This document shows, piece by piece, positions 6,966 to 13,391 of a stretch of 27,692 nt of DNA. Made by a program: the position numbers and the translations under genes. Source of the DNA: a virus (taxonomy: Duplodnaviria > Caudoviricetes); IMG/VR virus record IMGVR_UViG_3300049180_000012, positions 1 through 27,692 of that record, one strand, 5' to 3'. The first letter of the stretch is position 1, and each line of letters begins with the position of its first letter. The notes under the pieces are model-generated. The model made no database searches, was not told where the DNA came from, and was given only the letters and a program-made list of their open reading frames with translations.

Positions 6966-7682
6966 ATGTCCGTTGAGCGCAAGAACTGGTCTCCAGAAGA
7001 AACCGCCTATCTCATTCGCGCGGTAGACCAAGGGCGATCGGACGCTTTCATAGCCGAAGCTCTTGGGCGCGCCCAATCTGCGGTCATCAGCAAGCGCCAG
7101 CACATGGGCCTGCTGACGAAAGCGATGTCTCCGCGAAAGATGCCCACGCTTCGAGCGGTGCCTGATGACTGGGCGCAGGTCGCGCCGACCATGTACTGCA
7201 TCGGGCTGCGCAAGCATTACGGCACAAGCTTTGACGCTATCGAGCGGTGGGCGCGCGAGACTGGCATCCAGCCCATGCGAGCTGAGGGTCCTCGGCGCGT
7301 CCCCGCAGATTGGGCGGAGCGATGCTCCTGTACGACCCGCTCTGAATTGCAGACGGTCTATGGCGTAGGCGAGACTACCATCGCCCGATGGGTTCGAGAG
7401 TCGGGGGTTTATCCGTTGGGCCCGAAGCGGCAGAACCCTCGCCGCAAGTGGAACCCGACCACACAGAAGGCGATCCTCGTCCAGAATATCGACACCAGCC
7501 TCGTTGGCCGGGCCGCTCAATATCTCCGCAAGTGGATGCCGGTCTACAACGCCAGCGTCGCCGACCCCAAGGCGTCCAAGGATGAATGGATCTGCGGCCG
7601 CACCCGCCTCACCACTCAGGATCTTATCGCCAAGGCTGAAAGCAAGGGCTTCGATCCTCGCGAATGGACGAGGGCGGCATGA
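6966..7682 (+). CDS. GcrA-like N-terminal HTH plus two tandem HTH-like repeats
   Basis: AGGAGG SD; WSPEE...GRSDAFIAEALGRAQSAVISKRQHMGL resembles the GcrA N-terminus; two VPxDWA...YG....I.RW.RE.G repeats. Confidence 0.75.
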   Translation: MSVERKNWSPEETAYLIRAVDQGRSDAFIAEALGRAQSAVISKRQHMGLLTKAMSPRKMPTLRAVPDDWAQVAPTMYCIGLRKHYGTSFDAIERWARETGIQPMRAEGPRRVPADWAERCSCTTRSELQTVYGVGETTIARWVRESGVYPLGPKRQNPRRKWNPTTQKAILVQNIDTSLVGRAAQYLRKWMPVYNASVADPKASKDEWICGRTRLTTQDLIAKAESKGFDPREWTRAA

Positions 7683-7948
7683 TCGAGGAAATCCAAGGCC
7701 CACCCTGTCCGTTCCGCGCGGTCGGCTTCACGTCGAAAGCCTGGCTCCACAAGCTGTCGCCGGCGGGGCAAGCCATCATTGCCGAGCATAACGGCGTTCC
7801 AGTCGACAGACTGCCGTTTGCTTATCGCTATTCGTCCGGTCCGTACATGCACGCGTGGATGGAGGCTTTGGGTTCGCGGAAAGCCAACGGGCAGCCAACC
7901 CGCCATGAATCGGGCCGCTGGCTTCTGCCGGAGGAGTTGGCCGCATGA
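7679..7948 (+). CDS. Hypothetical phage protein, 89 aa
   Basis: ATGA overlaps at both ends. Confidence 0.75.
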   Translation: MIEEIQGPPCPFRAVGFTSKAWLHKLSPAGQAIIAEHNGVPVDRLPFAYRYSSGPYMHAWMEALGSRKANGQPTRHESGRWLLPEELAA

Positions 7949-8076
7949 CCCTCAAACAATGGCTCGCCCAACGCAAGCTGGCCCGGATCGTCAAGGCCAA
8001 GCGCGAGAGCTTTGAGGTCAAGCTTTTCGCGAAGAACCGCGCTGCCCAGCTAAAACGGAGCCGCGTCGGTGCTTGA
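7945..8076 (+). CDS. Basic micro-protein, 43 aa (MTLKQWLAQRKLARIVKAKRESFEVKLFAKNRAAQLKRSRVGA)
   Basis: Not in track; GGAGG SD, ATGA overlap, fills the gap to rusA. Confidence 0.7.
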   Translation: MTLKQWLAQRKLARIVKAKRESFEVKLFAKNRAAQLKRSRVGA

Positions 8077-8434
8077 TCCCAAGCCCTCCAACAGCATCGA
8101 GCTGCCTTTGCCGCCGCGCGAGCTGCACCCCAACGCGCGCCCGCATCACATGGCTAAGGCACGGGCAAAGAAAGCCTATCGGGAACAGGTATTCTGGACC
8201 GCCAAGAGCGCCCACATCAGCGCGCCACGAGGCGACGGCGACATAGCCATACGGATTACCGTCCACCCCAAGACGAAGCACGTTCCTGACCGGGACAACC
8301 TGATCGCATGGCTCAAATCAGGCCTGGATGGGCTCGCCGATGCCATGGGGGTGAATGACCAGCGCTTCGACGCCCGCGCTTACATCGGCGATCCCTGCAA
8401 GGGCGGCAAGGTCTGCATAGAGGTGCTGGGATGA
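8069..8434 (+). CDS. rusA: RusA-like Holliday junction resolvase
   Basis: LPLPP..LHPNAR, PDRDNL...K..LDGLADAMGVND acidic catalytic motif. Confidence 0.85.
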   Translation: MLDPKPSNSIELPLPPRELHPNARPHHMAKARAKKAYREQVFWTAKSAHISAPRGDGDIAIRITVHPKTKHVPDRDNLIAWLKSGLDGLADAMGVNDQRFDARAYIGDPCKGGKVCIEVLG

Positions 8435-8547
8435 CCAAGACCGAGCGCAAGGCCTATGACCGCCGCCTCCGCTTCGCCGCCGAGCGCCAAGCGAAGAAGG
8501 CGCCGCCCGCGCCGCCGAGCAAGCCAGTCGTGGAGCACCTGTTTTGA
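8431..8547 (+). CDS. Micro-protein, 38 aa (MTKTERKAYDRRLRFAAERQAKKAPPAPPSKPVVEHLF)
   Basis: ATGA and TTGA overlaps at both ends; not in track. Confidence 0.6.
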   Translation: MTKTERKAYDRRLRFAAERQAKKAPPAPPSKPVVEHLF

Positions 8548-8735
8548 AATGGCACCCCCACAAAGGCGGAGCATGTCCTGTAGCGCCTGAAAGCATGGTG
8601 CGTCCCCGCATCCGTGTCCTTTCCCGCACAGACGCAGAGAAGCGCGAACCCACGGCTGCCAAGGGCTGGCGTTGGTCGCACAACGGCACTTGCGGGGACA
8701 TCGAGGAATATCAGCATTTCGGGGAGGCGGCGTGA
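8544..8735 (+). CDS. Small conserved phage domain protein
   Basis: W..H.GG.CPV ... W.W.H....DI..Y motif recurrent in phage early proteins; coupled on both sides. Confidence 0.8.
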   Translation: MKWHPHKGGACPVAPESMVRPRIRVLSRTDAEKREPTAAKGWRWSHNGTCGDIEEYQHFGEAA

Positions 8736-9100
8736 TGGGGAGTATCTACTATGTGCATTGCCCCGCCACCAAGCGGATCAAGATAGGCTTCACCAAGGGC
8801 GCGGTCTCAAAGCGAGTGAAGGCCCTGCAAACCGGTTCTGCGAGCGAGCTAATCATGCTCGCGACCCACGCCGGAACGCAAGACGATGAGCGCGAACTGC
8901 ATCGTATCTTCGCATCAGACCGCATCCAAGGCGAGTGGTTTGATAGCTCAGAGCCGCTGTTCCGTCACCTCGTCAATGTCGTTGCGATCGAGGGCCGCCG
9001 TTACATTGAGCGAAAAGCCACCCCGCCTGAATGGCTCATTATCGCCGCGTTTACGCTGGCCGAACTTTTCCGCAGCGATGAGCCGGAGACAGCACATTGA
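8735..9100 (+). CDS. GIY-YIG (T5orf172/MUG113-like) nuclease-family protein
   Basis: SIYYV...IKIGFT....RVKALQTG...E.ELHRIF...RIQGEWF; TGATG start at 8735. Confidence 0.85.
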   Translation: MGSIYYVHCPATKRIKIGFTKGAVSKRVKALQTGSASELIMLATHAGTQDDERELHRIFASDRIQGEWFDSSEPLFRHLVNVVAIEGRRYIERKATPPEWLIIAAFTLAELFRSDEPETAH

Positions 9101-9873
9101 GCCGCTGGTTCCGCCACTACGCTGGGATGATGCGCGACGACAAGCTCGTTCGCGTGGCAATCCGTTCAAAACAGTCAATCGAACGCGTCCTGTGGGTATG
9201 GGGAGCCATCCTCGAAAGCGCAGCAGAGGTGGATGACAATGGAAGATTTGATTTTGACATCGCAGAGGCGGCCTACTTTCTCCGAACGGATGAAAGTGAC
9301 GTGGCGGCTATTGTGGACGCCCTTTCCGCACAAGATCGCATTGCTGAAAACAACGTGGTCAATTGGAGCGCGCGTCAGTTTACTTCCGACAGGTCCGCGG
9401 AGCGTCAACGCCGTTATCGAGAACGGAAAAAGGGCTGTGACGTTGGAGCTACGGGGGTGGATGAGCCCTGTGAGAGTGACAGTGACGGCGAAGTGACGTC
9501 ACTGTCACGTCACGGTGACGCACCAGAGACAGAGACAGAGACAGATATTCCCTCATCTAACGATGAGGGTGTCCCTCGCCCTGAAGAAAATCAGGCTTTG
9601 AGGGTCGAGCACTTGGTGGAAGCCTTCAATGAGCTGGCGAAGCGCCGTGGTCTCCCATTGGTGAAAAAGCTCGAAGGAACTCGCCTCCGCAGAGCCCAGA
9701 TATTGATCCGTCGCAACTCGATAGACGACATCACGGAAGCCATCGACGCGATAGACCGCAGCCCCTGGATGCATGGCCAGAACGACAAGGGCTGGCGGGC
9801 CGATTTTGATTTCTTCCTTCAGCCTAAGTCATTCACAAAATTGATCGAAGGCAGCTACGATGGCGCGAGATAA
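9097..9873 (+). CDS. Phage replication initiation protein (lambda O position)
   Basis: MSRWFR..., SAERQRRYRER, low-complexity iteron-coded linker, C-terminal NDKGWRADFDFFL......LIEGSY. Confidence 0.85.
   Translation: MSRWFRHYAGMMRDDKLVRVAIRSKQSIERVLWVWGAILESAAEVDDNGRFDFDIAEAAYFLRTDESDVAAIVDALSAQDRIAENNVVNWSARQFTSDRSAERQRRYRERKKGCDVGATGVDEPCESDSDGEVTSLSRHGDAPETETETDIPSSNDEGVPRPEENQALRVEHLVEAFNELAKRRGLPLVKKLEGTRLRRAQILIRRNSIDDITEAIDAIDRSPWMHGQNDKGWRADFDFFLQPKSFTKLIEGSYDGAR
9476..9543. repeat. Putative replication origin iterons inside the initiator gene
   Basis: GTGAC at 9476, 9482, 9493, 9515 and inverted GTCAC at 9498, 9504, 9509, then (CAGAGA)x3. Confidence 0.6.
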
Positions 9874-10030
9874 CCCTTTGATGACCGGCAATCGCCCGGT
9901 CCCGCATTCCAGGTCCGTGGACGATCACTGCGAGTTCCTGAACTCGTTTCACTGGGTTCGATCCAGCGGCAAACCCTATTTCGTCTCGATGCTCGAAGAC
10001 GGCACTCGCTACGTCAACCGCGCAGCCTAA
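9860..10030 (+). CDS. Hypothetical protein, 56 aa (MARDNPLMTGNRPVPHSRSVDDHCEFLNSFHWV...)
   Basis: Not in track; GAAGG SD, 14-nt overlap with the initiator stop, fills the gap. Confidence 0.6.
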   Translation: MARDNPLMTGNRPVPHSRSVDDHCEFLNSFHWVRSSGKPYFVSMLEDGTRYVNRAA

Positions 10031-10422
10031 AGGGACCAAACCATGGATCTGCTCACCTCGCTTCGCGCCAAGCACGAGGAATTGGAAGCCCGGATCGACG
10101 CCCTCAAGGTCGAAGCGAAGCCCATTCGGGACCAGCTCGCCAACATGGACCGGCAGATCAGCAAGTTGGGCAACGAGATCTCCCCGATCCGTCACCGCAT
10201 AACCGAATTGAGCGCCGCTCCTCGCGTCTCGGATCATGCTGTCATCCGGTATCTGGAGCGGAAATACGGTTTCGTGTTCGATGATGTGCGGTCAGAGCTT
10301 CTGACGCCGGCCGTGCTGGAGGCGATGAAGGTCGGCTGCGAGTCCGTCAAGACAGCGTCCGGAACGCTGAAACTCAAGGGTAAGACCGTCGTCACATTTA
10401 TCGATTGAGGGACCAAACCATG
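10031..10422 (+). repeat. 15-bp perfect direct repeat AGGGACCAAACCATG (10031-10045 and 10408-10422)
   Basis: Identical SD-spacer-ATG blocks in front of two consecutive genes. Confidence 0.9.
10043..10408 (+). CDS. Coiled-coil plus SDHAVIRYLER-domain protein
   Basis: N-terminal heptad repeats; C-terminal HA..R..ER motif with terminal beta strands. Confidence 0.85.
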   Translation: MDLLTSLRAKHEELEARIDALKVEAKPIRDQLANMDRQISKLGNEISPIRHRITELSAAPRVSDHAVIRYLERKYGFVFDDVRSELLTPAVLEAMKVGCESVKTASGTLKLKGKTVVTFID

Positions 10423-10773
10423 CCGAACGAAATGATCGAGAGATGCGCGAGGGCTGCTTGGGACGAGAACCGCCGCGTCTGTGAAGGTTTAGTCGAGCTG
10501 GAGCCGTGGGATGATGAAACCGAGGCCCTGCGCGACAACTGGAGGGGGATCGCCCGCGCCATCCTCCAGGCTCTCCGCGAGCCCACTGAGGCGATGGTCA
10601 GGGCAACACTGGTCCAGACGGATATATCCGCCGAGCAGATCCAGTACGGCAAGGCTGTTGTCGATGGAATGCCGCCGCTCGCGCCAGAGCGCCAACGCGA
10701 CGGCATGATAGCTGCGGCCGAACTCGTCCGCGATTGGCAAGCCATGATCGACCAAGCTCTAGCGGAGGACTGA
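10420..10773 (+). CDS. Hypothetical phage protein (MIERCARA...REPTEAM...WQAMID family)
   Basis: Recurrent alphaproteobacterial phage motif; start inside the direct repeat. Confidence 0.8.
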   Translation: MPNEMIERCARAAWDENRRVCEGLVELEPWDDETEALRDNWRGIARAILQALREPTEAMVRATLVQTDISAEQIQYGKAVVDGMPPLAPERQRDGMIAAAELVRDWQAMIDQALAED

Positions 10774-10776
10774 GGA

Positions 10777-11295
10777 ATGGCGAGGGGGGCGAAAGCTAAG
10801 AACAAACCGAAGGCTGTGGCTCCCATTGAGCCGCTGGTAAACAAGTTCGCGGCGAGACATGGGGATTACGTGCAGGCCGGCGAGTATGGCGATGCCCGCC
10901 TCGCGATGGTCAACCGTGGCGGCACCGCGCTCACGCGCTGGATCAAGTCAGGCCAGCTCACCGAAAGCCAGCAGGCCGCGATCCTGCATTGCCAGCGGCT
11001 TTGGAGGCTCGCCTTCCACTTGCCGAACGTCGTCGCTAATCTTGACCGGGTAAGCTGCGGGGAGACGCGAGACGATCCCCGCTCGATCGACGCCCGGATC
11101 GACATCAAGCGCATTGAGGGCGGCTTCCCGAAGCCCTACTGGTATATCTTTGAGAATGTATGCCGACACGGCGAGGCGGCAGGCAGGATCGGAAGCAACC
11201 TCGTCAGCGATACCCGGTCGGCATCCACGCACGCCCGTTTGGTCGTCTGCATGGTCGCCGACATGATCGCGCTCCGCGAGCGATTGAGTTATTGA
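10777..11295 (+). CDS. Putative late-gene regulator (Q position)
   Basis: GAGG SD; last early gene before a promoter-terminator unit and the packaging genes; C-terminal helical HTH-like region. Confidence 0.6.
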   Translation: MARGAKAKNKPKAVAPIEPLVNKFAARHGDYVQAGEYGDARLAMVNRGGTALTRWIKSGQLTESQQAAILHCQRLWRLAFHLPNVVANLDRVSCGETRDDPRSIDARIDIKRIEGGFPKPYWYIFENVCRHGEAAGRIGSNLVSDTRSASTHARLVVCMVADMIALRERLSY

Positions 11296-11320
11296 CGAAT
11301 GCGCGGGCATAACGTATCAA
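11292..11320 (+). promoter_or_regulatory. Late promoter, pR'-like (TTGACG-17 bp-TATCAA)
   Basis: -35 overlaps the stop of the Q-position gene; canonical spacing. Confidence 0.7.
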
Positions 11321-11341
11321 ATCGCTACTGGTTATATTTGC

Positions 11342-11373
11342 GCCCGCGCCGGAGACGGTTGCGGGCTTTCTTT
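11342..11373 (+). terminator. tR'-like intrinsic terminator
   Basis: GCCCGC-g-CCG-GAGA-CGG-tt-GCGGGC stem followed by TTTCTTT. Confidence 0.7.
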
Positions 11374-11471
11374 CGCGCCACCAGCGCGACCCCGCCACCA
11401 TAGACCGGAAGATGCTCACTCCCCCCTGACATCGTGGGGCATGAGTGGCGGGGATAGACCGGAGACCATGA

Positions 11472-11759
11472 ATGGCTCTTGAGATCAGCTATTGGACCGG
11501 ACGCGCCAAGAGGGGCACACAGGCGCTCGGCGCGCTCATTTCATCCGAGACGCGCTCAACCAGCGGCACGTCCGCACAGTCTGGTGCAACACCAAGCGGT
11601 GCAGGCATCGTCCGTGTCAAATGCACGACCGCCGCTGATCGCGTTGCCTATGGCTCAAATCCAACTGCGAGCGCCACATTCGGCGAGTATCTTGCTGTCG
11701 GCGACAGCACTGACTTTGAGGCGATGCCCGGGTTCAAGGTCGCTGGGGTCACGGCGTAA
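11472..11759 (+). CDS. Small beta-rich putative virion/decoration protein
   Basis: GGAG SD; Ser/Thr/Gly/Ala-rich; first late gene. Confidence 0.75.
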   Translation: MALEISYWTGRAKRGTQALGALISSETRSTSGTSAQSGATPSGAGIVRVKCTTAADRVAYGSNPTASATFGEYLAVGDSTDFEAMPGFKVAGVTA

Positions 11760-11764
11760 CGATC

Positions 11765-12160
11765 ATGGGCCGGCCGAGTTCATATGATTCCGCATATTGC
11801 GAGCGTGTGATTGAGCTGGGCCAGCAAGGCGCGTCGGTCGTAGAAATGGCGTACGAGATCGGCGTGAGCCGGAACACGCTAGAAACCAACTGGCCCGCCG
11901 AACACCCTGAGTTCTTGGAAGCCTTTACGCGCGCCAGGGAGGCGGCTCAGGTTTGGTGGGAGCGCAAGGGGCGCGATAACCTTGAAACGAGTGGATTCCA
12001 GTCCGCAATGTGGTCGCGCTCGATGGCGGCTCGCTTCCCTCTTGATTGGCGTGAGATCAAGGGCACGGAGCTGACCGGCAAGGATGGCGGCCCGGTTGCC
12101 GTAAAGGCTGAAGCGGCGGAGTGGACGATCGTTGACACTCCATCTTCAGGCGGGGCGTAG
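11765..12160 (+). CDS. terS: Terminase small subunit
   Basis: MGRPSSY...CERVIELG HTH, HPEF..A, C-terminal ELTGKDGGPV; precedes TerL. Confidence 0.85.
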   Translation: MGRPSSYDSAYCERVIELGQQGASVVEMAYEIGVSRNTLETNWPAEHPEFLEAFTRAREAAQVWWERKGRDNLETSGFQSAMWSRSMAARFPLDWREIKGTELTGKDGGPVAVKAEAAEWTIVDTPSSGGA

Positions 12161-13391
12161 CTTCGCGCCACTGCTCCGGCCTGCTCGCTACAAAGGCGCG
12201 CATGGCGGGCGTGGATCGGGTAAATCACACTTCTTTGCCGAGAAGTTGATAGCACGGGCTAATTCGCAGCTCGGCTTCCGCGCCGCCTGCCTTCGTGAAG
12301 TTCAGAAGTCGCTCAAGAACAGCGTCAAGCTGCTGGTTGAGGATAAGATACGCTCCAAGGGGCTTTCGGAGCGCTTTGAGATACTGGAAGCGGAGATCAG
12401 GACGCCGGGTGGCGGTGTCATTATCTTCCAGGGGATGCAGAACCACACGGCTGACTCGATCAAGTCGCTTGAGGGGTTCGATGTGGCTTGGGTTGAGGAG
12501 GCCCAGTCGCTTAGCCAGCGCTCGTTAGACTTGCTGCGGCCGACAATCCGAAAGCCTGGCTCGGAACTGTGGTTTAGCTGGAACCCGAACAAGCCGACCG
12601 ACCCCGTTGACGCATTGTTGAGAGGTGAGCACCCGCCGACCAATGCTGTTGTGGTCGAGGTGAACTGGGACGCAAATCCGTGGCTGCCGGCCGAACTCAA
12701 GGCGGACATGGAGGACGACCGCCGCCGCGATCCCGACAAGTTCCTGCACGTCTGGCAGGGACATTATTCGCTCAACAGCCATGCGCGGGTGTTTCGCAAC
12801 TGGAGGGTTGAGGAGTTCGACACGCCGAAGGACGCGGTCCTGCGGTTCGGGGCGGACTGGGGGTTCGCGATCGATCCCACGGTTCTGGTTCGGTGCTTTA
12901 TCGAGGGGCGTAATCTCTACGTCGACCATGTGGCATGGGAGATCGGTTGCGAGATCGACCACACGCCGGCGCTGTTCGAGAAGATACCGGGCGCGCGGAA
13001 GTGGCTGATCAGGGCGGACAGCGCGCGGCCTGAGACGGTCAGCTACATGAAGCGGAAAGGGTTTCTGATCACCGAGGCGATCAAGGGGCCTGGGTCGATC
13101 GAGGACGGCATTGAGTTCCTGCGTTCATTCGACATCATCGTTCATCCGCGTTGCAAGCATGTGGCCGATGAACTGACGCTCTACAGCTACAAGACCGATC
13201 CACAGACGGGCGAAATCCTCCCGCTGCTGGAAGACAAGAACAACCACACGATCGACGCGCTCCGGTACGCGTTGGAGGAGCTTCGGCGCTCTGGCTACAA
13301 GCCGAAGGACGAAGCCCCGAAGAAGCCCCGCGACCGCTGGGACAGGGTATTCAAAGGCGAAGAGGAGGGGTCGAGTTGGAAGACAGCCTGA
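12132..13391 (+). CDS. terL: Terminase large subunit, PBSX family
   Basis: Walker A GGRGSGKS, Walker B VAWVEEA, nuclease GADWGFAIDP and NHTIDALRY. Confidence 0.97.
   Translation: MTLHLQAGRSFAPLLRPARYKGAHGGRGSGKSHFFAEKLIARANSQLGFRAACLREVQKSLKNSVKLLVEDKIRSKGLSERFEILEAEIRTPGGGVIIFQGMQNHTADSIKSLEGFDVAWVEEAQSLSQRSLDLLRPTIRKPGSELWFSWNPNKPTDPVDALLRGEHPPTNAVVVEVNWDANPWLPAELKADMEDDRRRDPDKFLHVWQGHYSLNSHARVFRNWRVEEFDTPKDAVLRFGADWGFAIDPTVLVRCFIEGRNLYVDHVAWEIGCEIDHTPALFEKIPGARKWLIRADSARPETVSYMKRKGFLITEAIKGPGSIEDGIEFLRSFDIIVHPRCKHVADELTLYSYKTDPQTGEILPLLEDKNNHTIDALRYALEELRRSGYKPKDEAPKKPRDRWDRVFKGEEEGSSWKTA

Noticed and set aside
6606-7703. Long antisense ORFs in the track (also 14588-15304, 17180-17911, 20237-21166, 21669-22514, 25089-25901, 26079-26804)
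   Set aside because: Shadow frames of well-supported plus-strand genes in GC-rich DNA; no SD, no motifs, atypical composition
9524-9543. (CAGAGA)n microsatellite as a phase-variation tract
   Set aside because: The 6-bp unit keeps the frame and encodes the ETETET linker common in phage initiators
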